DNA from: Phoronis australis
Taxonomy: Eukaryota; Animalia; Phoronida
DNA: 64,000 nucleotides
Direction of reading: 5' to 3'
NCBI GenBank assembly: GCA_002633005.1
Contig: NMRA01000952.1
Coordinates: 1 to 64,000, forward strand
The notes under the pieces were generated by a model. The model was not told the origin of the DNA and searched no databases. It worked only from the letters and a program-made list of their open reading frames with translations. The number at the start of each line of letters is the position of its first letter. Positions within the stretch are counted from its first letter, which is position 1. This document shows positions 39,701 to 49,892 of this stretch, in pieces. Position numbers and translations under genes: made by a program.

Positions 39701-42700
39701 ATGGGCAACCTAGGAAAAAAGACTTAGATTTTGACACCAGGAGGCACTACCGATTACATGGAGATTTGACACAGGGTATAGAGCACTTCCGATGCGTGTG
39801 TGTAGTTAAAGTGCACGGGTACGGAATTTGCGGTGCTAGTTTGGTGCTCGCTGATCCAGGACTGGGAGTTAGCGGGATCGCAGCTGAAATTTAAAAGCAC
39901 AGCCAAGGAATAGCATTTAGTTTCAAACCCTTGATCGCGTGGTGAATGTATCCTGCGTTGTATGATTCGATTCGCGTGACTGTTTGCCTTAAGAAATTTT
40001 GCTTCCGAAATATTCCGACTTTAAAACATTCAATGTCATTATCCCTGCACATGTATTATTGAAAGGCGTATCTATGCGATAACAATATACGATTAATTTC
40101 AGTAAAGAACATCTAATCCACAAATGCTAAGCAAATGCAGTGCTCTCCTTTTGCGCTTTCATAAATTTTCTATTAAGCAGAAATGCGCTAGCCTAAAGTA
40201 GCCAAAAAAATAAAATGCGACTCTATCGATGTTAAAAAGCACCATGCAAAATGCTGAATATAGGTAGTTTGTTTCAAACAATCGAAAGCTGTCAAATACT
40301 ACTAGAAGTATAGCCGTAGACAGTTGGATGTGGCATACACTGTAGGTTTGAACGATAGCCGAGGTCCGGTCAAGGAACCGTCCATGGGCAGTGTAGGTCT
40401 GCTTCACACCACAGGTCAGTTTTGTTTCCAAATGAGTTCGAACAATCTATGACGTGAATGGACGATGACTCGGGGAGTGAAAAATTAGTGACGACGGGGG
40501 AAGCAAAAGGTCCACCAATCTCAATTTCGTACCAACCGCTTACTACGGCCATGGGCGAACGGTTACAGCTACCACACTTGAGAAAAATGCATCGAAGAAC
40601 TAGGATTGGGTTACTTACCTGACCCCTAGAGTGCACTGCAAGAAGGTGCAGATACCGCACATGAATAAGAAGGTTCCCAGCAACTCTGCTCGCACCTGTT
40701 CCAAGTGATCGGCACAAATGTAACGTGCCACGATTAGAGGAATGGAGACAGTAGAACTGATGCTGAGAAAGACTTGCTGTAATAATAACAGTGCGGCTTA
40801 GTTGGTGATTTGAACAATTTAGCCTAAGTCACCTGCCGTTTACTGCAAAGATGTAAGCCGACACATGCCTATGCACGCGAAGAGTTTCAATACATGTTAA
40901 ATTGGCCCGGGCGACATATTCATGTCAACGATAGTAATTTCAAATACGAAAAATGTACAGACGTGCATTGTAATTAGGCGTAGGCTGTCGCAAAATTGAA
41001 GATGCTGTATACGTTTGTGAGCATGCGGTCAAATGAAATTGAAGCATTCCGCGAAATACCCTGCCATGGGTGTAAGGCACGAGAAGCGAACCTCACCCTC
41101 CAACGATAGTAAAGCATTGCGACGACCTGGGGCTGTAGAACCCATGAAAAATTCTGGGGCGGCATAGGTGGCGATGGGCATCGGCAAACTCGGGGTCGAA
41201 GGGAAGGAGCTAAACTGATGGCGACCGGGCCAGCCGATATTGTTGTCAGCCGGGCGGAGGGAGGGCGCTCAACGTTGAGAAGAACTTTCTTCGCTCATGT
41301 CTTTATCTACTTAACTGAAGCTCCTATAGGAACCAGTGAAACATAACTATTTAGAAAGAGTTCTTCAGAAAACTTCAAAATTTCAGCATCATTTGATTCC
41401 GTGCAATGTCAACAGTGTTTATTTTGGAATACTATTTACTGTATCTGCGTTCACCGCAAAGGATTCGCCTTCATGCTGATGCATTTTCATTAAAAAATTA
41501 CGTACACAAAACGTATCGAGAGTGGCGTAGATGAAGTAATATCCCACTCGACATTACTCCGCGTATCGACCAAGACCTTTGTCGAGTGGGATATTACTTC
41601 ATCTTCGCCAATCGAGGTACGTTTTGTATTGATCCCATACGCTTCGAAGTTTCTTTCATTTTTCGACAGATTTTTTGAAAACTTCACTCAGACTGTTCAC
41701 GTGGCGAATCACATCCCATGTGTGTGCAATTTTTCTCTAGTAAAAGAAACAGTTTTAATTGTAACGATTTATTACTTAAAAAGAGGTAGCAAAGATAAAA
41801 ACAACATTGTGCATTGAACTTGTAACATCTCCTCAAAATAGTTAAATAAAAACAATATTTGATATTGTGGTTACCGAAGAATAGGCGTCTTAGTTGCAGA
41901 CGATAAAATATTTAGCAATTGAAAACTGACACAGAACTGCCATATAATTAGCAGTCCCGGCCTGTACCAGATGTTACTATTGGGACCTGATTGCATGTTG
42001 AGTGTCATGTACACTTCTACAATTGCATTACTTTAAACTATATTCGGAAAATTTAATGATCGAACCGGCTAACGACGTCAAGTCGACATTGACCTACCTT
42101 TTGAACTTTCCATGTCAGAGGTCACTGTTGAAGTAGTGCGGGAGGTGAATAGGAAAAACAATAATACATGGCCGTATTGCACTCGACTGATTTAATGCGT
42201 ATGGAATAAATTTTGTGCTTCGAATTCCCTCACAAACTCTTCAAGAATGTGAAATCGCGGCATGGTCAGAAATGACCTGTCACTGAGACCAAGAGTTCAA
42301 ATAATAAACATCAATCATATCAGCCTACCTGCAGACCAAAGATAAACGCCATGTGAACGGGTGGACTGTCCTCGATTCCGTAAACGAGGCCTTGCTCACC
42401 TCTACGACTGCCCATTTCACGTTCATTTGTTGTGACATCGTCTGCAACCAAAAAACAGAAGACTCTCAAATGTTATCACAATATGCTAGACGAAGACTGC
42501 GCCAGTCAATCTGACGGTCCTAAATGCAAAAACGTTTTCAGATTAGGCCTACTTCCATTGCACGTCAGTTTGCGCTAACAGTGGCAAAAGAGTTGTACTG
42601 GACCTGTTTTCTCAACAGTTGCCGGCGATGAATGGTTCTCCATTGCCGGAGTTTAAACTTACGACATCTGTTGATAAGGGCTATAACTTTGGACCACACA

Positions 42701-43817
42701 ATATCGTGTGCATACTTAATCATCTCTTAGGTAAACAGTGGAAAATAGGTCAGCATTCTATAGTTACAATGAACAAGATGTTTTTTCTGCCACGGTAGGA
42801 CACTAACTCAGACTTGCTCTTATTGCACCAGTTGCTCGACACGGCCATTGACAAGCAAAGGTCTCAACAGCCGGACCAAATTTCCTTCTATGTCTTTAGA
42901 TACTTAAAACGGAATCTAACGCGTGCATTATTATGTCATTGAAACATGATTTGATTTTGTTGATTTTGAACATTTATCGTTCTAAAGCCGGTCTTACACA
43001 AAATACCGTTATTATTTTGCACTGTTTTGGAGGTAGCTTTCACATCGGCTAGGTAAGTTCACAAAAATGAGGATTTTCTACAGCTTCGTGTCTGTGTTTC
43101 AATTCTTATAGTTGTTAACCCTGACCTACACCGACCGGTAATTCCCCTGTTTGAAATATTACCAATTGGTTGAGATCATGGTCGTATTCAAATTCAGGTA
43201 AGGTGAACGTTTAACCAATCACACGTATGTCAATCTATTACGAAATTAAGTTAACTATGAGTCTTTGAATTTTTCATCCGTTTTTTTCGGTATGTTTCCA
43301 TAACACAAAAACTTCCCAAACTAAACGTTTCGTTTCTTTTTGATACCGATGCCACTAATTTGTGCGATTTAAAGCCTGTCGTCTTCAAATGATAAAACAA
43401 ACTTTAAGGCAAATGTCCATCTGATTTTGGCCCAGCCGGAAATTTTCGTAATAATTTATGAAGCGCACATATTTTGTCAAAAAAATTTTAGAGACGGGAT
43501 TAGTAAAATGACATCATAATCATATATTTTTACAAGAGCTTTAACTTGGAAGTACTTTAAAAAAAAATCCGTAAGAATCTTGAATAACATATGAAATGTG
43601 TAAGACTTGTGGGTAATTTGTGAGGGTTGACATGTACAGGTTTGCCATAGTTACTTCAAAATATCGGTCATCCCACCCAAGGTCAATCTCGCCGAAACAC
43701 TTTGCTACCTAATTGCCTTCGCTTACCCTTAACGATCGAGTCAACAAGCGACAGCTCTGCATCCAAGCCGTCAAGCTGCACGCGACTACCCCTACAGTTC
43801 CTGAGACCTTTTTCCAT
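30336..43817 (-). CDS. SLC23A1/2-like: Solute carrier family 23 / NAT (NCS2) nucleobase-ascorbate transporter, 13 exons, about 658 aa
   Basis: In-phase exons 43727-43817 (uncertain), 42329-42441, 40619-40776, 39603-39709, 36726-36760, 36187-36368, 35521-35641, 35026-35188, 33981-34234, 33463-33650, 32469-32554, 31942-32037, 30336-30718 (1977 nt). Motifs: [72 protein letters not shown]. Confidence 0.95.
31942..32037 (-). CDS. SLC23 exon [32 protein letters not shown]
   Basis: TM14 motif; phase 1-1. Confidence 0.95.
32469..32554 (-). CDS. SLC23 exon (R)NQCILGLSLMLGMMLPNWLSAHPGIIKT
   Basis: TM13 motif; phase 2 to 1. Confidence 0.93.
32538..32706. repeat. 70-bp tandem repeat (about 2.4 copies) overlapping an SLC23 splice acceptor
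   Basis: CCAAT(A/G)TGCACTGGTTCCTGCAATAAATG.. starts at 32538, 32608 and 32678. Confidence 0.92.
33463..33650 (-). CDS. SLC23 exon VGSRRAFQ..GKFGAVLTMLPEPVLGG..LQYLHLSSS(R)
   Basis: TM11-12 motifs; phase 0 to 2. Confidence 0.95.
33981..34234 (-). CDS. SLC23 exon [40 protein letters not shown]
   Basis: TM8-10 and NAT signature motif; phase 1 to 0. Confidence 0.97.
35026..35188 (-). CDS. SLC23 exon VILSIAIAWSLCAILT..ARTDAR..WFFFPYP
   Basis: ARTD and PYP motifs; phase 0 to 1. Confidence 0.95.
35521..35641 (-). CDS. SLC23 exon TVCSVLFFSLYVSDVKVPLP..YPIFKLIS
   Basis: TM6 and P.FKL motif; phase 2 to 0. Confidence 0.92.
36187..36368 (-). CDS. SLC23 exon [51 protein letters not shown](L)
   Basis: TM4-5 motifs; phase 0 to 2. 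Confidence 0.96.
36726..36760 (-). CDS. SLC23 35-nt exon EESEVWKSRLRE
   Basis: Conserved W..R.RE before IQG; phase 1 to 0. Confidence 0.88.
38039..39092. mobile_element. MULE-like MITE, same TIRs, different interior
   Basis: 9-bp flanks TTGTATTTA / TTGCATTTA; arms match the family, but about 38275-38940 does not. Confidence 0.75.
39603..39709 (-). CDS. SLC23 exon (R)LPIIQGGCHKFIPATAALMSLEQWTCPRRGSLHAD
   Basis: RLP..QG and W.CP motifs; phase 2 to 1. Confidence 0.93.
40619..40776 (-). CDS. SLC23 exon QVFLSISSTVSIPLIVARYIC..CGICTFLQCTLGV(R)
   Basis: TM1-2, GI.T.LQ...G.R; phase 0 to 2. Confidence 0.94.
42329..42441 (-). CDS. SLC23 exon [28 protein letters not shown]
   Basis: Y.I.D.PP....GLQ motif; phase 1 to 0. 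Confidence 0.93.
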
Positions 43818-44150
43818 GAGATCTGTTGTCGACGAAAATGTCTGTATGCAAAAAATTGAGAGTACGTGAACTTATGACACCAGCTAACGAACTCCAGTCA
43901 TTGGGTCCGTTCCTAGAAACGGACATAAGTTATTTTTGACTGGAGTCTATGATTTGTCTCAACTTCCAAACTTTGAAACTTCCACTTACGGTATGTCAAA
44001 ATTAGGATAAAACGAAGGTCAAAACTTAATATGTCAAACTCATTAGATCATTTTCAAAAAGAGGACTTGAGACAAATTTGATATTTATCTTAAACATGAC
44101 TGAAATGCAAGGTTTGTCCTGAGTAAATCAGATGTCTTGGAACTGGACCT
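43408..44150. mobile_element. TTAA-flanked Kolobok-like MITE candidate
   Basis: TTAA|GG..CATCTGATTT at the left, AAATCAGATG..GGACCT|TTAA at the right (imperfect TIR). Confidence 0.4.
43727..43817 (-). CDS. Candidate SLC23 first coding exon MEKGLRNCRGSRVQLDGLDAELSLVDSIVK
   Basis: ATG, open frame, strong GTAAGC donor in the required phase 1. No conserved motif. An alternative candidate is 42604-42643. Confidence 0.5.
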
Positions 44151-44799
44151 TTAATTCTTATACTGCTCTCAGCACGTCACGAAATGTCTGAAGCGCAAAA
44201 CGGTTCACAAACTACATGTACTCATAACACGTAACGGTGTGCTTGTCCTCACGCATAAATAGAAAGGTCTAAAATGGACACAAAGTTGTGTAAAAAGGTA
44301 TCTTTGTTCTCCATCACCTTAAATTACCTAAAATCACCAATCCACGCCATATATTAGGAAAATATAAATATATAAGTCCCAGTGTACATTTGGAAGAGAC
44401 AAACGTGCACGTTACGGTGTAACAGTACAGTGTCAAGGGGCGAATAAGGGCGCTTCGGATTACCCAGCGACACTCGAATCGTGCAATATCTGTCAAGTAC
44501 TTTTGTTGTGGGTTATCTGCAACTAGTAATCAGATTTGTTTGTGCAAGTGGATGCTTTTGTGTATTTGTTCTGTACCTTTACTCATAAACCTAAAATCAG
44601 AGAAACGCTTGAACTGCCCATGCATTTTATTTAAGCACACTCACTGGTTAAAATTCAGCTCACGGCATAAAAGTGGTGGCTGTGAAATACATGGATATGC
44701 AGCGTACGTATTTTATACTACCGGTATCTAAAAAACAACAAAACGAAGAACGAAAAGCGCTCAGCACGGTGCTTAAAAAATTAGTCCATTAAGTTCTAC

Positions 44800-45786
44800 C
44801 TATTCATATTCGGCGGCAATGCAGCACAGCATTCTTTGCCATCGTGGAACGACACTGTGGTCTTTGGAGGAGGGGCTTGTGTAGACTTTGGTAGAGCGGT
44901 CATTTTTTCTGAAAGTCGTCTTCAATTTCTTGAAGAAACCCTGTTTAGCATTTTGTGAATTATTAGAGGAAGCGGGGGTACTGGCGTTCTCCGCAACGTT
45001 AAGGCTGACTGCATCAGAAGATGTCGCATTGTTGGGCAATTCTGCGACACATTATGGGTTGCCGTCATACTCACGAATGTATACAACGTCACCTGATTTG
45101 TCGGTGCGAGATTTCGTAATCATGACGTCCTCAGCATCGCGTTGAGGGCTACAGAAGCTTCTTGTGACATGTTTGGCAGAACAAATTGCACTCTGGAATA
45201 ACGCCGCGGGACCAGTGGGCTTGACGTTCTCTACAAGCCGACCGTGAACGCTGTCTGGTTTCTAAGGAATTGGAAATCTAACGATGACCTGACTTTTCTC
45301 TGGCTTGTTAGCACTGCATGTAGCCGAGATTGGATCTTTTCTCTCCAGTAACTGAGGCTCTGCGATTTCACATGCGTTGTTCTGCTCGATTTTTGTCGCC
45401 TTTTTGTGTCGCATTCTATGAAATACTCGATGGGGCGGGGTTTGCTTGTGGGTTATGCGGTTTGCCTCAGATTTTCGGCTTAACAACTCACCCTGATAGC
45501 AACGCAAGTCATTTATGTATCCATCGTAGATTTCTTTTACTCTAACATCAGGCTCCGCTTCATTGAGGGCGACAGCAGCGTCCAATACTTCGGCCAACCA
45601 TTTTTCATCGTCGATGTTTGTGCAATGGTCTGCGTTACCGATCATGAAGCTCCACACAAAAGATACTACTTTATCAGTCATTCTCAAACCAGATTGAGAA
45701 ATACAACAAACACACCACACTAAATATAATGTCATGTCTTCGAGAAAATTTTCTAATTTCCATCCGGTAGCCATTTGTAGGTACAT
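44800..45786 (-). pseudogene. Intronless orphan ORF of about 328 codons interrupted by two in-frame stops (TAG 45262-45264, TAA 45052-45054)
   Basis: ORFs 45262-45786 and 44800-45039 share a frame, and the stretch between them has only one further stop; ends KKLKTTF..RWQRMLCCIAAEYE*. Confidence 0.6.
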
Positions 45787-45804
45787 TATACAAATGATTA
45801 ATGA

Positions 45805-45856
45805 TTACGTACAATGTACGTCAACAGTAGCACGACGTCACAAATCAAAGACGTCA
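45805..45856. promoter_or_regulatory. Cluster of CRE-like (ACGTCA/GACGTCA) sites upstream of the orphan ORF
   Basis: TACGTCA at about 45817, GACGTCA at 45834-45840 and 45850-45856, within 70 nt of the first ATG. Confidence 0.35.
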
Positions 45857-46071
45857 TTGATTCCGAAAAAGTCTCAAAGTTTGCTAACTTTTTTATGACA
45901 GTTACCTTGAGACGATTATAACTTTTCACTGAACTGCGACTTGCTCGTTATGAAAATTGGTGTTATTTTGTCGACCAACAGTTCTTGGGCAATTTTCTTA
46001 GTTTTTAATAACAATTTTCAAACTACCTTAAAACATGCATAATCTCATTAAATTGCAAATGAAGGACTAAA

Positions 46072-46545
46072 TTTAGACTCGTCAACTACATCGGGAACGC
46101 AACCTACATGTACGAATTGGAGATGAAAAAGAAGACCATCCACCTGAACCTGCCGCTTCAAATTCGTCGACACGAGCATGTCTGGTTTAGTCACGTCCTC
46201 TAGACAGTTACCGGATGTAGCCATGTACGCCGAGTCTGTGTCCATCTCGCAATATTCGAAATCGGATCTCTCGACCACATGAAGTACTAGTAAAATTCCA
46301 ACATGCGCAACTTTGCGTACTGATAAACAAAGAAGCCACGAAAGCATCGAGGTGCCTCTCTAACGGGTCTAATTAAACCAATTAAGTCATGAGGTGTGAC
46401 GTCTTTGACACATTTGTCCGGTAGGCGGATGATGTCCCTTCCGATTGCATCCATCCTATGTAACCTTTGACCTTTCTTGTCGGATTTATGGCCTTTAACC
46501 GAGGAGCCGCTAAAACGGGCATCTTAAACCTCTTACTATACTACT
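46072..46545. mobile_element. Polinton/Maverick relic: rearranged pPolB fragment and terminal sequence
   Basis: +46072-46164 encodes ..YELEMKKKTIHLNLPLQI; -46172-46337 encodes GFFVYQYAKLRMLEFY*YFM/VERSDFEYCEMDTDSAYMATSG (PolB DTDS motif); ends TACTATACTACT at 46545 (AGTAGT terminus on the minus strand). Confidence 0.8.
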
Positions 46546-49528
46546 CAGCGGACCTTAACTGTAATAAATCAAAAGAGAGACAATTTTATTGAAATTGTTG
46601 ACAAAATGTGGCAAAAAATTGACGTACCCTCGCCATGAGTCAGAGCTGACCTCAGTAGCCGAGTGTTGGCTGCGGGAGATGCGACGTACTTCACAAATTT
46701 ATTATTAAATACCAATCGTGATATGCAACGAACAGGTAAAATTTTTACAATAAATAATCAAGTATGTACCAAAAGAACCAAAATGAGAATCAAAAACAAC
46801 CCTCAATCAAAATAGCAACGCATTTACGCACACAATGAATATCAATACGTTTTCAAGGATAATATGACCGTCATTCAGGAATCGTTCCTGAACTGATACA
46901 CGGGAATTCAGGTCACGGAAGTAGCCGGGATTGTCGAAGATTTTCTGATCTCGGCCGAGGTACAAAATTGTGCTCAAAAAGGCTTTTAGTTTGATAACAG
47001 AAAGCAGGCGAGCATGATGCCATGTTGCATATTACTTAATTTGGTACACACTTTTAATTTTTGAACTAGGTTACCCTTTGAGATAAGGACTTTAAGAATT
47101 CAGCGAAGAAGAAGTGTCAACACGCCCTGGACACGTCTGCAAAAAAACCCTTATATTCGCCTACATTCAAAAATGACCGTGTCTTCAGAAATCTTTAGTT
47201 TTAATAGGGAATCCTACACGAGTCCTCAGTTTTATAACATAAATCTGAGACGAGTGTAGCATTTGTTTTCTCACCGTGACATGAACCATAAAACAATCTT
47301 TTTGCCGAAAAACTCGACGTGTCTAAAACTTTCAACGACATGACGCAACTTTTGTAAAAAATACGCTTGCGCAATGTAAATTAATTCAGTTATTTTTTGT
47401 TAATAGTTTTATTTTAAGCTTAGCAATTGTAAATTGCATTCAGCTTTCATAGTAAATATTCAAGTTAGAATCAAAGGAATAGTCTTTGAAGTTGTAATAT
47501 TAAAACTTAAAAATTGTTCATAAATGAGTAAACACGGGTTCCCGCGCGTGAGCACTGAATTGACCTTGAAACAGCACAGCTAGACAGTCTCGCCGTGTTT
47601 CTTGAGTTGGGGCTCGTCTGCGTCATTTTAAATGAACGTCGGTATGGAATTCGCCGCCGTAGATGGGTCCGTTTAAGAAGTTGTTTGCAGGCCCTTCTTA
47701 CTGGGAATACATACAGTTGCGACACCCGATTTGTCAATCATAACCTTGTCACTTTCTCGAAATACCGGCATTGTTTGGTTGGCGCGCGTTTGGTTGTTCT
47801 AGTGTTCTGCTGACGCTAAAATGTAAGGCGTATGTATGTATACTTTGCACTACTTTGTGATTCGCCCATGTATCATCAAACTTGAAAATTACGTACTCCA
47901 TGTTATTAACCAGTCGTGTCGTCACACATTCCAGGTCATCATGTGAGAGTAACTTATGTGCATCATTACGCTGTGTGAGTAAAAAGAGATCTGTGATTAC
48001 AGAGAGGCATATGCAAATTGAATATAGGGGAGACAAATGAAAAATGATGGGAGACGAAATGGAGTTCAGAGCTATGTGAGTTGTTCATTCGCCGAATTTT
48101 GGTAGTTCCTGTCTACTTTTTCAGACTTTGTTTCTCTGTGGCGGACCTTTTTACCCACTTCGCAAAATTAGGGGGGGGGCTCGTTCGAGCCCTCCGAGCC
48201 CCCTGGGTGCGCGCATGAATAAGATATCAGTAACACTCACCAACCATTTACTTCAGCACGTACACTGTAAGCGTACATTAACTGTCGCCAGCCGACTAAA
48301 GCGACGTCTTTCGTGAAAATGCCCACGAGCCTGTCACATTTATTCAGTTCAGTGCTAAGGAAACCTATTATGGCGGTGCTAAATACATGTACAATCTGCA
48401 TACTGCAGTATCTAGTTTGTCTTCATGCTCCCTCGTTATGGCTTTCAAAAGGTTTTTAGATATATCAAAATGTTAGGTAAAAATTACATGTGGAGAGAGT
48501 AAATTACTATTTTCGACCCGCTTAACAGCTCCAGATAGCTGTGCTGGAAAGTATGTTGAGTGGTTAGGCGGAGCGTCTTGTGGTTTCCATTAATTACAAC
48601 AACCGAGAGCATTTTCGGAAATTTCATGAGTCCGATTAAGTTCTGTGACGTATACACCAACGGCAAACCAGAAGCCGGGTTCGTATACATGTATTAGGTC
48701 CTCAGACCTCAGTGAGAGGTACTCGCGAAACGCCCTAGTATGAGGGAACGCTGTGCCGCAAGAGGACTCCGAACCTGCGTTGTCCAAACTGTGGCGCTGG
48801 TTCGACTCGCCGACCTAGTCCTGCCGTAGTCTTGTTCGTTCAGTTACTTACTTTGTTCGGTTGCTATTGATGTTTGTACGGTGTTGTTGGCTGAGGCACC
48901 CATATAGCTTAGCTCCTGCATCCAGTTTGAGTTGCTTTTTGTCTTAACAATTGCGTTTATTTGTTGCTTTTCTTTTATCTTTATTTTTACCAGTCAATAC
49001 TGAAAAGATTCTTTTGATTTTCATTTGATTTTGACTCGGACTCCTGATTGGCTATTGAATATGGCCGCTTTATTATGTTGTACATTTCACAGACGTGACA
49101 TGATCGGAGGCAGGGGAGAGTTTAAAATGAGTGGCCCCTCGGAGATTCTGTAGTAAAAGCATGGTGCGCCATGCGGTGGACTATTTGGTATGTACGTCTT
49201 GTAGTTTGTTATGTCTCTGGACATGACTGATTACCACGCTTTACGGCCCAGGGATGTAGGCCTAATGGCCCATCACGTTATGTTGATTGGTCAGAGTTGT
49301 GTACAAGTGGATGTGTCACATTTGACCTCATGCAAGAAAAGTATTAACATGTCGTGAACGTTTTAAAGTTCATGCAGCCCTGAGGGCATGGACGTTGACT
49401 ATACCTGCAATCGTAGTGCATTGTGACGGATTATCATGAATGGCTTAATAAACGTGTTGTTAATAACTGCAATTACGTAAAATAAATAGTGTCACACCAG
49501 TCCGTGTCGGCAGCTGGAAAAAGCGGGG

Positions 49529-49892
49529 CGCGCCCGTGTTACAGTAGCCTATGGGCAGCGAAAAGGTTCAAAATAGACAACACTGCCAAATAAGTGAGTG
49601 GTTTGACAAACAGACAAGTAGTTTGCTGAACGGACAAGTGATTCGTCAAATAAACAAGTCTGTATGCGAGTATAGTTTTCCTAACAGACAAGACAATTGT
49701 ACAGATTCTGTAGGATAAACAAGTGCCTATACTGTTGAACAAACGAGTAAGTTGGTAAGTGATTAAATAGGTTATCAAACAGATAAGTAACCTGGGAGGC
49801 TCAACTGTCAAATAATTAAGTACGTCAACTGTCGAACGGACAAGTCATCTGTTGAACGAATAAGACAATCACGTCAAACGAACAGCGGGCGC
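49529..49892. repeat. MITE-like element with GCGCCCG ends and an internal degenerate ACAAGT tandem repeat
   Basis: GCGCCCGTGTT..AACAGCGGGCGC ends; many AAC(A/G)GACAAGT units. Confidence 0.5.
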
